This document shows, piece after piece, positions 23,994 to 35,561 of a stretch of 64,000 bases of DNA. The notes under the pieces were generated by a model. That model made no database searches and was not told where the DNA came from. It saw nothing but the letters and a program-made list of their open reading frames with translations. This DNA is from Schizochytrium sp. TIO01 (Eukaryota > Protista > Bigyra: Labyrinthulomycetes). The first letter of the stretch is position 1, and every line of letters starts with the position of its first letter. The position numbers were made by a program, and so were the translations under genes. The stretch is taken from the NCBI GenBank assembly GCA_004764695.1, contig SMSO01000035.1, forward strand, positions 3,670,040-3,734,039, read 5' to 3'.

Positions 23994-26468
23994 ATGTCGG
24001 GGCCCTCGCCACGGCGCGGCTGGGTCCGCGTGGAGGACCTCACGAAGCGGCAGCTGCGAAGCGTGCTCACAGATCTTGGTAGATCTGCTGCAGGCTCCAA
24101 AACCCTGATGGCAGCTCGCATGGCAGAGATTCCGCTCGCTCCAGAGGCGTGCGTGGAGCTTGACCTAGACTCTGCAGCCCTTTTCGGCGTGAGAGATGCA
24201 GAAGGCAAGGCAATCAAAATTGAAACTCTCCGCCAACCTGTGCAGATCGAACTGGAACCACCAGCTCCTGTACGAAATCCTGCCAAAACTTTCCCAGGCG
24301 CCGAGATTCTCGTTGGACATCATACAGGTCGTATGGAAGGTGCAAAGATTATTGCTGCTAATGTACGCAATGAAGGTGAAAACATCTCGGCCTCTGCGGT
24401 TTCTGAAAATCTCTCGAGTTCTAGGAAGCGTCCGAGACCTGATGATAGCTTACAAAATTCTTTGGAAAAGGCTCTTGATGTCAAAGGCTCAGTTATCGTG
24501 GTGCTCGGCAAGACTGGCACGGGAAAGACTCAACTCTTGCGCCGTATTGAGCGGACATCAGAGCAGCTCCATGCAGCTGAGGAGATAGCTTGGAATGCAG
24601 AGCAAGCGATTGTGTCGCAGTTCGGAACTGTAGACGAGGCATCGAAATGGCTTCTGGCAGTGGGCTTAACATCTATTCCTTCTTGGTGCAAACCTTATCA
24701 TATCTTATCGACTGGCGAGAGATACAGGGCGGTTATAGCTCGACTACTGCAGAAGGCTTCGCAAACGAAAAGTCACGTACTTGTGCTGGATAACTTCACA
24801 AGCCAACTTGACCGAGACACAGCGCGGGCCTGTAGTGCTGCGTTAGCAAAGCAAGTACGCAAGTTTGGGCTTGTATGCGTTGTGAGCACAGGTCTGCTCG
24901 ATACTGTGGAATGGCTAAGCCCAGAAGTAATTATTTCTACTGATGGGTCCAGCGGTGCCACGGTACACACAAACAATGACTTCACAGGAGGCCCTCGTGT
25001 TCGCATCTCAATTAGCCGTCAAAAGGTTTTGAAGCCTTTGCGCGAGGGAATTGATGTCTCCATGGCAGATGTACAAGACGCGAATCTTCCGTCAGCACAA
25101 GTCAATAGGCTGAGAGACAGCTTTCAGTTTGAGGTTGACAATATTGAAGAGGCTCCTCAGACGCAAGGCGGGACTGTTCTGCTGACAAAAGTAAAAACAG
25201 ACGAAGCGACGCAGTCTTGCGACCGACTTTTTGATAATGCATTCGATGGACAATGTATGCTCCATGTTCCCTCTCGGAGTTCGCTAGCAGAAGATGAGGA
25301 CAGTATGTGCCAGTTTCGCTTGGGTGTAATTACAGGTCTGTCGGGATCAGCAAAGAGTGTTTTACTTCGCCAGCATTTTGGGCCTCCCACGGAAGTTTGT
25401 TGGTCACCTGGTCATTCTGTAAACGACCATTTTGCCTCAGCTAAGGACGCCAAGGAAAAGCTGAATGTGGTGTGTCTTGATGCCGAGGAGCATGGTGGGC
25501 GTTCCTATTCAGAGCTGAGCGCTGGTGAGCAAGAGCTGGCAAATTTGGCTCGCCTTTTGAACCATCAACATGTTTACCTTGATGAGTTTACCAGCACACT
25601 AGACCGTCAACTAGGCGTCAAAGTAGCGTACTCACTGGCTCAATTTCTGAATGCTCAGGGGGAGAAGAACCAAGGGTGGGTTATCGTGACATGTCATGCT
25701 GATGTACTTAGCCCTCTTGCGCAAGCTGCTCAATGGATGTATGATACATGGAAGGGTCCGTTTCGCCCCCCAGAAGACTTGTCAGATCCCTCTACTAGAA
25801 ATTCTGATAGTCGTGCAGATGGCGAGGAGGGGTTGCTTTCGGAGCTTCAACGTGAAGGTGTTTTGTCTGGGGAGCACGGGCAAATGCTTCGAAGACCATG
25901 CGTAGATCTTCGATTTGCTCGTTGTGAGCCATGGCTGTGGTCTTTATTTCGAGACCATCACTACAAAACCAAAAACTTGTCTCGCAAAGCGCGGTGTTTT
26001 GTTTTATTTCAAGAGAGGACAGGTACCTTGGTTGGATTTCTTGCAGTGATCCAGCAGGTAGGCACCCCGCATGAAGACGCTGATGGCTTCTCGTATGAAT
26101 CGACCTGGCGAGCGCATCGCACGGTAGTCTTGCCTTCCTGGCAAGGTCTAGGCATTGGATCTCGCCTTAGTGATGCCTCTGCAGAGGTTCATCGGCAACT
26201 CTCTTGTATGTACATGGCCCAAACTGTGCATCCTCGTTTTGGAAACTACCGGGATCGCAGTCCATTGTGGGAAGCTGCAAAGTGGAATCACTCTACCCGT
26301 GCCTACAAGATTGAAACATGGAAGCAGCGTCTGGAAAACAAACGTATCAAGCTTCGTATTCCACGCTTTGTATATGCCCATGTTTACAAGGGGCCCGCAG
26401 AAGACGATGAAGCTATGAAAGCTTCATTTACGAATGAACGGATACAATTTGATGATGACGAAGAATAA
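23994..26468 (+). CDS. SAP domain + tandem ABC-ATPase domains + Mom-type GNAT acyltransferase fusion
   Basis: SAP-like VEDLTKRQLRSVLTDLGRSAAGSKTLMAARM (~24030-24131). NBD1: GKTGTGKT / LSTGE / VLVLDNFTSQLDR. NBD2: GLSGSAKS / LSAGE / VYLDEFTSTLDR / VTCH. GNAT: W..FRDHHY and HRTVVLPSWQGLGIG. No TM segments. First ATG at 23994; an upstream exon is not excluded. Confidence 0.85.
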   Translation: MSGPSPRRGWVRVEDLTKRQLRSVLTDLGRSAAGSKTLMAARMAEIPLAPEACVELDLDSAALFGVRDAEGKAIKIETLRQPVQIELEPPAPVRNPAKTFPGAEILVGHHTGRMEGAKIIAANVRNEGENISASAVSENLSSSRKRPRPDDSLQNSLEKALDVKGSVIVVLGKTGTGKTQLLRRIERTSEQLHAAEEIAWNAEQAIVSQFGTVDEASKWLLAVGLTSIPSWCKPYHILSTGERYRAVIARLLQKASQTKSHVLVLDNFTSQLDRDTARACSAALAKQVRKFGLVCVVSTGLLDTVEWLSPEVIISTDGSSGATVHTNNDFTGGPRVRISISRQKVLKPLREGIDVSMADVQDANLPSAQVNRLRDSFQFEVDNIEEAPQTQGGTVLLTKVKTDEATQSCDRLFDNAFDGQCMLHVPSRSSLAEDEDSMCQFRLGVITGLSGSAKSVLLRQHFGPPTEVCWSPGHSVNDHFASAKDAKEKLNVVCLDAEEHGGRSYSELSAGEQELANLARLLNHQHVYLDEFTSTLDRQLGVKVAYSLAQFLNAQGEKNQGWVIVTCHADVLSPLAQAAQWMYDTWKGPFRPPEDLSDPSTRNSDSRADGEEGLLSELQREGVLSGEHGQMLRRPCVDLRFARCEPWLWSLFRDHHYKTKNLSRKARCFVLFQERTGTLVGFLAVIQQVGTPHEDADGFSYESTWRAHRTVVLPSWQGLGIGSRLSDASAEVHRQLSCMYMAQTVHPRFGNYRDRSPLWEAAKWNHSTRAYKIETWKQRLENKRIKLRIPRFVYAHVYKGPAEDDEAMKASFTNERIQFDDDEE

Positions 26469-26730
26469 TTAGCCTCTTTTTTTTCTTTTCTTTTTCTCTT
26501 TACTTATAGGCAAGACAAGCTCTCACTTTATGAAAATGTGTTAACGTACCAACATCTTGAATGATATATTCATAGGGTGCATATATAGTAAAAGCAAATT
26601 AAGCACTAGCCAAGAAAATGCGCTACAGAATATTTCAATATCTCAAGAGGAACCCACTAAACAAGTACGAGGCTTAAGATAAGAAGAGTGGTGCTTGGTT
26701 TATGTTAAAATGGTGAATCTAAGGGAGACT

Positions 26731-27930
26731 TTAAGCTGAGACAGTTTTGGCCACAGGCTCGCTGTCCTGGGCGTTCTTCTCAGCAAGAGACTCGCGTTCT
26801 TTGCGAACATCAGTCTGCTTGGAGGCTTCGTACTCACGGAACCAAGCGACTGTGTTGGAGAGACCCTCTTCAAGCTGTACCTGGGGCTTGTAGCCAAGAA
26901 GCTCAAAAGCTTTGGTGGTATCAGCACAAGTGTAAGGAACATCACCTGGCTGGTCCGGGAGGATCTCGATCTTTGCCTTGCGACCGCAGAGGCGCTCAAC
27001 GGTGGAAATGAAATCCTTGAGCTTGCAAGTGTTACCCTTGCCCAAGTTGATGACCTCGCAGCCGAGAGGCTTGTCGATGGCTAAGACCACACCGTTGACA
27101 ATATCCGAGATGTAGGTGTAATCACGGGCAGAGGACCCGTCACCGTACTGCTGCAGGGTGATGCCGTTGAAGATACGGTGCATAAACTTGAACGGGGCCA
27201 TGTCGGGGCGACCACGGGGCCCATACACGGTGAAGAAGCGCAGGCCAGTTGACTGCAGGCCGTAGAGAGAGTTGTACGTAGCAGCAAAGAGTTCACAGGA
27301 CTTTTTGGTAGCCGCGTACTGCGAAACCTGGTTGTCCACGCGGTCAGACTCAGAGAAAACCTGCTTCTTGGAGCCACCGTATACACTCGAAGATGATGCG
27401 TATACAAAGTTTTCTACACCATGCTCAGCAGCGATTGACATGAGTGACACGGTGCCGACAATGTTGCTGTGAATGTAGATGAAAGGGTCCTCGATACTAG
27501 GGCGAACACCAGCACGTGCAGCAAGGTGACATACGTGGGTGATGCTGTGCTCGTCAAAGAGTGACTTGACAAGCTCGCGATCACAGATGTCTGCCTCTAC
27601 AAAAACGAAGAGGTCCTCTGCTGAGGGCAGTCCATCGCGTTTGGCGATTTCAGCAGCCTTCTTGCGCAAGAGCTCGATGTTCGAGCGCTTGATCTCCACG
27701 TCGTAGTAGTCGTTCATCTCGTCGATACCCACGACCTTGTCGCCACGTTCTAGGAGAACCTCAGCGGTGTGGCTGCCAATGAAGCCGCCAACACCAGTGA
27801 GGAAGACAACCTTGGGATTGCCCGACATGTTTGAGGAGCCATCATCCTCAGACGACCACTGCGATGCGAGGTCATCCGAGTTGCTTCGCATGCTGTCAAG
27901 GTCGCTAGTTCCAGTGGACACACGGTTCAT
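26731..27930 (-). CDS. UDP-glucuronate 4-epimerase (extended SDR, GAE/CapI-like)
   Basis: TGVGGFIG, HLAARAGVRPS, YASSSSVYG, YAATK, LRFFTVYGPRGRPDMA, RDYTYI.DIV and QPGDV. Confidence 0.9.
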   Translation of the reverse strand: MNRVSTGTSDLDSMRSNSDDLASQWSSEDDGSSNMSGNPKVVFLTGVGGFIGSHTAEVLLERGDKVVGIDEMNDYYDVEIKRSNIELLRKKAAEIAKRDGLPSAEDLFVFVEADICDRELVKSLFDEHSITHVCHLAARAGVRPSIEDPFIYIHSNIVGTVSLMSIAAEHGVENFVYASSSSVYGGSKKQVFSESDRVDNQVSQYAATKKSCELFAATYNSLYGLQSTGLRFFTVYGPRGRPDMAPFKFMHRIFNGITLQQYGDGSSARDYTYISDIVNGVVLAIDKPLGCEVINLGKGNTCKLKDFISTVERLCGRKAKIEILPDQPGDVPYTCADTTKAFELLGYKPQVQLEEGLSNTVAWFREYEASKQTDVRKERESLAEKNAQDSEPVAKTVSA

Positions 27931-29084
27931 GTTGGCGGTTCAAAAGTTGTTGATGATACTACTGCTTCTGTTTCTTGGAGCAATAGAACTTTTCAAAATG
28001 TGCAAGACAATCGCTAGCTTCTTAAGCTCCTACGTGTAGTATAATAAGCGCTTCTGCTTTAAGCTTCGCTTTGTTGCTTGCTTACTTGTGATACGAACTG
28101 AACTTGGTAAGCTCTGGACGAAAGTCGAGATTCGATTGATACTCTTTTGGTTCGTTCACGAGGGAAAGTGTAATTGAGGTTTGATCGACGAAGGATCGAT
28201 CAGGCAATAGTTTCCGATTGAGTAGATTGATTTGATTGGGTGTTTGGTTGATTTGAAAAAGAAGAAATCCGAGAAGCAATGCTTTCTCGTGCGCAACCTC
28301 GCGAGATGAGTTTCAACTCGCGCGCGGGTTGCGGCCCCTCTCAGACAGTGGTGCCTCCCTTGACCTGGGAATGCCTAAAGCTGGAGTGCCGCGTTTCCAT
28401 CGACGACTCCTGAGGGCTGATTTTGGGCTTCGCGCCGACCAGCTCTGGCTGGCGGGCGCTACAAGGCCACGAAGCGAGCACTACGCTCGCACACCACCTC
28501 CAAACCGCTCCGAAGCCTTAGCTGCCTGAACGACTTTTGCTGTCTTCGCTGCGGTGCTCTCGAGTTGCGGCTCTGCTGAGTTTTGCCAATGCCAAAGAGT
28601 GTTTCTGGTTCGAGATGAACTCACATTGTTCCCTTTCCCGCTAATGCTCTATTTGCCCGCAAGTGACTTATTCCGCGCCTCAAGTGAGTTATACCCTCTA
28701 TATTCCACTTTACTCCCTCATAGTTCACTTCCCGCCAGCCGTTCCCACGGAGGGAGACAGAGCGAGCGCGTCAGTCAGAGGGCGCGCGCAGTTTGCAGCT
28801 GTGGATCATGGCTGTGGTATGATTTATGCCCCACAGCACGCGCTCCCGCTCTCCGTATCCACTGCGGCTCCTTGCTGGTCCACAGGCGAGAATGACAAAA
28901 GGCGCGCTCCTCCTCCACCACCTGTCCGGCTTTTCGGCGCGCTGTGGGGGACAGGAAATGCGTGTCCTACTGCAGGAACTCCACAGCGATCTGCCAGCGC
29001 CTCGCGTCGGAGAAGAGCTAGTGAGGAAGTCGGCCCCGCAGTGGGAACTGCCGAGAGGGTGCTGACTCCCGCGACACAAAGAGA

Positions 29085-29615
29085 GATTGATTGATTGATT
29101 GATTGATTGATCTGTTGATCAATTGATTCATTGATTCATTGATTGATCTGTTGATTGATTGGTCTGTTGATTGATTGATTGATCTGTTGATTGATTGCTC
29201 TTTTCATGTGAAGGCACATAATTAATTAATCAATCAGTTTGTTTGTTAGTTAGTTAGTTTATTTATTTATTTATTTGTTTGTTTGTTTGTTAGTTTAGTT
29301 ATTTATTTTTATATATACAAATTTTTATATTGCTTACAGCTAAGATTGGTCATTCATTCATTCATTCATTCATTCATTCTTTAGAATTGCATCGTCTAAC
29401 TTACTTCGCGTAGGTTGTAGGTGCCTTCGAGTGTGCGATCTTCTCTTCTCGCATCTGCGTTCTCTAAGCTCTGAGATCTTCACCGGTACGCGTCACCTTT
29501 GGCCTTTACCTCCACTCTTCACTGTCTGAGGCGCTACTTTCGAAGACCTTCTCTCCATTCGCATCCGATCATGAACGAACGAACGAACGAACGAACGAAG
29601 AAACGAACGAACGAA
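29085..29615. repeat. Compound microsatellite cluster: (GATT)n, (TTTA/TTTG)n, (CATT)n, (GAAC)n
   Basis: Direct reading of the sequence; unique sequence lies between the arrays. Confidence 0.85.
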
Positions 29616-30370
29616 TGGGTTTACTCTTTCTATTCAAGGCTTCTTTAATTCTTTTCATGGGCAAATCTTACTTACTATTCACATGAAGATTAGTTAATAC
29701 GAATACATTCCCTCTATAAATTGGAGGTCTCTTCAGAAACCATTTCACTATGCGTATCAGTAAATAGATAGTGAAAGTATGTATGTCCAAGCTCCTCGAT
29801 GGTCTCCTCTTTCTTTGCCTCTTTCTTTGCCTCTTTCTGCTTTCTTTTCTTTCTGTTCTTTTTTGGCGGACTTTTCAGTTTTCGCTCTGCCTCCCATGTA
29901 ACACCTTATATGCTTTACCATAGGCCTCTCGTTCTCTGCTTTCATCTCCCCGTTCTGAAGTTCCCATCAATCGAAATCTGAATCCGAGTTAGACCACGCT
30001 TTAACAATCCTTTTTCTTTTCTTTAAAATTAAAAAAAAAAATAAAAAAATTAAAAAAATTAAAAAAATTAAAAAGGAGAAAGAGGACCATCGTGGACGAT
30101 CCTCGAAACTCGAATTTCGCCGTCTATTGACATCTCCAAATCAGTGGTTCGGTTGAGATCTCCAGCGGCTCCAAACTTCCTCCCTCTCTCTCTCTCTCCC
30201 TCCCTCCACATCCGCCTCTCTTCGACCCGTTTCGAGTCTTTGCTGCTTTCTTCAGCTTCTCCTTTCATTTCTGCGCACCGCCTCATGAAACAATGTGTAA
30301 AAAACCAACAAACAACCGATAGACAGTTAAAAGAACAGACAAGAGACAACAGATACGCACAACATAAAAA

Positions 30371-30435
30371 CATACATACATATATACATACATACATACA
30401 TACATACATACACATTCATACATACACACATACAT
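30371..30435. repeat. Imperfect (CATA)n microsatellite
   Basis: Direct reading of the sequence. Confidence 0.8.
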
Positions 30436-31457
30436 ATGAAGGTATAGACATGCAGAGGCAGAGATACATACATATACAGAGACAGAGAGCGTCAACTTCA
30501 ACGAACTTCGAACAATTCCTTTTGCCTCCTCTTCTCTCCAGCTAGCGCTAGCTGGCTGCCCATAGTCAGGCACATGCTAGCAACTAGGAGGTCCAGTAGG
30601 CCTGCGCTAAGCAGCCGTAGCGGCTGAGCGCCCTGCTTCCTCCGGGCTTTCTTTCGTCCCACATGGTACCTAGTACCTACAGTGAGTTGGTCCTCATCTC
30701 CTGCTTCCAAAAGCAAGAACCTGAAGAAGAAGAAGAACCAACCCGGAGAGGAAAGGGACCTTCTATCTCTGCGCGCCTTTCGAAGTTCGAGTCGCAGCGG
30801 AGGTTTTGCCTTTCGATCCTTGTGATGGGCAGAGCAATTCAGTTATTCATGCGGTCACCGACGCTTCATCTGCGTTTCGTCGCTCCCATCGCATGTCTTA
30901 AACCTTGCAACTGGAAATCTGTCCTTAAATGCTAAATTTTTATAAGAAGATTCTTTTCTTGTGAAACATAGGTCGCCGCCTCTACCATACTAAATAGGAC
31001 TTACTATACGCTCTGCACCATCGTGACCCATAGGGTTAACGACCACCCAAGGGGAAGCGTAATAGGCCATCCAACGGCCTCTGCGGGGCGTTCGGTTCAT
31101 AATCTAAGAGGGGTTCCCATCGCTGCGGGCACTGTGGTAGAAACAACTACTGCCCCGCAGCTCGGGGCGGAAGGTCATTGCGACGGGCGTCGTTGCCTCA
31201 CATCGCTACTTCTTCATTCGCTCGTTCGTTCGTTCGTTCATTCATTCTTTCATTCATCTTTGAGTGCCCCATTGATGAAGTGCTGCATGCGCCGCCACGC
31301 TCCAACATGAGTTCGCTTGTGCCGAGTACAGAAAGGAATCTTCTTCGCTGCTGCCCAATCAACGCTCCTTTTGGCCACCGTTACTTCTAAAGTCTTTCAG
31401 GGGCTACGTAATCCATCCACAACCCATCAATCTTCTGACCTTAGCCTTTTCGCAGTT

Positions 31458-31492
<35 letters not shown>

Positions 31493-31567
31493 CTCGCTTA
31501 GTTCTTAAAGTGCGGTGGTCTCCTCTTTTAGGAAAGATAATCTGCGACGAAGAGGAGACAAAGATGT

Positions 31568-31800
31568 GAATGAGTGAATGTATGAATGATTGATGAATGA
31601 ATAAATAAACGAAGGAATGTAATGTAATATAATGTATGAATGAATGAATGAATGAATGAATGAATGAATGAATGAATGAATGAATGAATGAATGAATGAA
31701 TGTAATGTAATGTAATGTAATGTAATGTAATGTAATGTAATGTAATGTATAATGTATGTATGAATGAATGAATGAATGAATGAACGAACGTAATGTAATC
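31568..31800. repeat. Compound (GAAT)n/(GTAAT)n microsatellite
   Basis: Direct reading of the sequence. Confidence 0.9.
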
Positions 31801-33867
31801 AATCACAGCGAGGTGCTCCTGGAGCCTGAGCGACCCCGTTTGCCTGACGTGCCTGAGACAGAGAGAGGGATGAGACGGGTAGATAGACACCAGCGATGGT
31901 TTGGCAGCTTCCTCTCTCGCGCCTGGCGTTGAAGAAGTTGGTTGCAAGGAGGTCGGTGAGGGAGGCCTGGAACTTGGAGGAATGGCCGAGCCCGCCCCTG
32001 GAGGTAGTAGGTCAGCAAGTTCCTTTGAGCTGAAGTTGCCAATCCTGAGGAAGGAGGAAGCGTAAGCATGTTGCAGCGGCAAACAAAGATTTGGTTGGGG
32101 CTTGAGTCTGAATCAGAGGTAGAGGCTAAAGGCCACTGGGATTGACTCCGTCTCAATAAAGGGTGAAGGACCAGAGTATCATGATGTTGGCCACCGATCG
32201 TGATCAAGCTGAAGCATCAGCTGCTGGAATCGCTGCCATGGACGCCAACACGTGCACAACGTCAGTACTCGGAAGTTAGCAGCAAAGAACATGCACCAAG
32301 AACTAGTCATTTGACGAGTACTGTTCAAGAAAGTTAAAGCAGTACGAGGTGATCACTGAAAGTTGCAACCTCTGAGTATGAGCACAGAGGATGCTTAGAT
32401 GGATACATGAATCCTGTTCGGACAGACAGCTGCTGCCAGGGGCTGGCTCGATGGAATCGTTAGACTCGCATCGCGTGGCAATAATTTGACAGGTGCTACC
32501 AAGATATCAAATTGAGCAGCACCTGTTCACAATGCTGTGGATGTATTCTCAGCCTGGCAAACTCGGATGTTCTCTTGGATTTGCACGAGGGCTATTTCGC
32601 TCAATATGCTCTGTACCGTGCGAGATTCGCAACCTTTCAAGCACTTCAAGATCCGCAATTCTGACGATCCGACAAAACTATTCAGGAACGTACAACTTGA
32701 AGTGTAAAGTACTCTCAAGTTACAGCTTCTCCCCGGATGCGCATTGCTTATCTTTCGCACAACTTTTGCAAAATCCTCCAGGCAGGGTAAAAGGTAGGTA
32801 CAGCAAATCAGTCAATCGACAATCCTCAAACGGGCAAATGGTCAGATACCTTCTCTGTGTAGGTCTCCACCTGCTTCAACGTTGTTTTCCAACCGGGCAA
32901 ATTTAGCCCGAAGCCGGCACGCCGAGGGTAGGTATCCAGGGCCTCCTCCTGCGATCCCTCCAGCCTGCTTTCAGCTATTTCCCCCCATCTGCTGCAAGCC
33001 AAACCGCGAGCCTGCCTAGGTTTCATCGCCAGCGAGTTTCCACACACAACCAAGCGTCAGTAATCTCCCTCCGTCATCTATCTCTCCTGCAACTTGAAAG
33101 AAAGCAAGCAAGCTCTCCACGGATCTCCACTTCGAGTCAACAACGAACGATCAGTCTCTCCACGGTGCACACCTCCCGGGACTATAGCGATCTGTCTCCT
33201 CAGCCCGCCCTCAGTCCGAGCTGGCGCACCCCTCAATGGGCGCAATTCCCTCCCTCGCTCGGGCTCAGCCACGGCCAGGTCCCGAGCGGCTGCCAGGCCT
33301 CGTAGGCGGCGTCGCTGGAGGCGTCGGGTCTGCTCGCGATAGGCCCGAGACCCTCCTTGGCCTGCCTGCCTCAGCTAGCAACTTCCGGAGGGAGGGCGCT
33401 GCCTACGCTTTTTTCTGTGCAGGTTGCTTCGCTCGTGTTACTTTCCTTTGTCAGAGGGAAGCAGGGGCGGATGTGAAACCGAGGTAACCGTAACGGACGA
33501 AACGGGTATGTGGAATTGCTGTGGAGTTCTGAGGCGAGTGAGTTGTGGAGAAAGGCTCTCGTGAAGAAGCGTTTGCGGCCTTCTTTCTAAAAACAGGAGT
33601 CGAAGGCAGGAGGGAAAGAGGCACCAAGGTAGTATGGGGGCGCCATGTCTTCTTGTGTAATTTTTGTTATTTTTTTTGTTCGCATCAATATGTTTGATCA
33701 AGAGTTTATACCCATTTTCAATTGTTTATTTAATTTTAATGAATTAAGATGTTTTAATGCAAGAGAAATGAAGATTCCTCGACCGTTCTAGGTTCGTTCC
33801 GAGGGAGAGTCCTGGGTTCCGCATTTGTTCTGTGACGCTCTCGTATTTGAAGTTCAAATTCGTAGAG

Positions 33868-34119
33868 ATACATACATACATACATACATACATACATACA
33901 TACATACATACATACATACATACATACATACATACATACATACATACATACATACATACATACATACATACATACATACATACATACATACATACATACA
34001 TACATACATACATACATACATACATACATACATACATACATACATACATACATACATACATACATACATACATACATACATACATACATACATACATACA
34101 TACATACATACATACATAC
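33868..34119. repeat. Perfect (TACA)n microsatellite, about 63 units
   Basis: Direct reading of the sequence. Confidence 0.97.
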
Positions 34120-35561
34120 TATGTAGTTCCTAGTATTATTAGAGCTTTCATTCTTTCATTCTTTCTTTCATTCTTTAGAGCTTTCTTTTCTTTCTGTACA
34201 GCTTTCTTTCTTTCTTTCATGAGTCTGAGTTCAAGCTGTGACGAGCAGGATCGTAAAGGACCTCGAGGATTTGATCGTGCTGGTGTCGAAGAAGGTCAGG
34301 CTGGAGACTGGCAGTGCCACTGTGGAAGGTTTCGCCAAAGTTTGCGGCGCCTGAGCGAGGCGATTGTCGAACCGACTCCAGGACCACCAGGCTTTAAGTT
34401 GTTGCTCTGCCTCGTCAGCATGGAATCAAAGCCAACAGCAACGCTGTGGTGGTGAAGGTGTCTCCAGAGGTACCTCGTCAAGGTTGGTGGCGTTCTCGAG
34501 CTAGCTTGCTCACGCTCACACTCACTCGCTCGTTGATGGAGAGGAGGAGGAGGAAGAGGTTTTGAACGCGCTCCTGAGACAGCCTCAGACCTTGAACAGG
34601 TCTTGAGGAGTTGAGCGAGGAACTGACACGATGAACGAACGTTCATTCATTCGTTCGCTAGCTAGCTGGCTGAAGCTAGCTTGAATGAAGACAAAGATAT
34701 CTAGCTAGCTAGCTAGCTACATTCTTGAGCCACGACTAAAATATCCGGACTTGCGTGGCAGGTGATGAGGGACTGACTCAAGTACTAGGTAGAATAAATG
34801 ACTTCAGTACCTATCTGGAAAGGAAGGTGGTGCATGGCAAAAGTGAACGACGCAAAACAAGAATCTCTACGCATACAACTGGATCATCACCGGATTTTGA
34901 TTTCAGACGAGGATCTGACGTGGCTTGTGGTGGTGGCTTGCGGAGCCTTGCCTGTTGCTATTCGTTGATCCAGAAATCTAGCCGTACGTAGGATGCTGGG
35001 GTTAGTAACACTGGTGTCCGTCTTTTTTAGTGATATGGGCTAGCTACTTACGATATTTACTTGAAGTTTGCGCCGTTGGTGTAAAACTCGGAGTGTACCT
35101 ACGTCTTATCAGCGTCGCAAGTTATTCGACTACCATGTAGATACCAAGGTTTTCATCTTTGATTGAGCCACTGCCGTACCTTGATTATCTGCCAGGGGTA
35201 AATGCCACCCATGTTGTGGACCCGTGTCGTTCTGAAAAGAACTACAATTTAACCCAGCTCTTCGACAGCTCTCATGCGATTAATTATTCCCTTTTAAAAA
35301 TAAAAAATAAATGCCTGAGCGAGGTTTGCTAAATTTAGTAGGTTAGTTGGTACTCACAGTTTATTTCGTATTAATAGTCATTTGAAAGGACCAGAGCACT
35401 CAAAATTCACGAATAGATGTGCGAGTATCTCCAAAGTCGTTTGGTGGACCAATGGTAGTATCGACGGACGTGACGAATATGATTGAATTCTAGCTGTTGC
35501 TAAATATTAATTGAGAGGCTAACGTAGCAAAGTATATGCAAAAGCTTTGATTCAAGAGAGT

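Noticed and set aside
33744-34455. ORFs reading MYVC/HTYI repeats (also 30068-30573 and 31404-31802)
   Set aside because: Translations of (TACA)n and (GAAT)n microsatellites.
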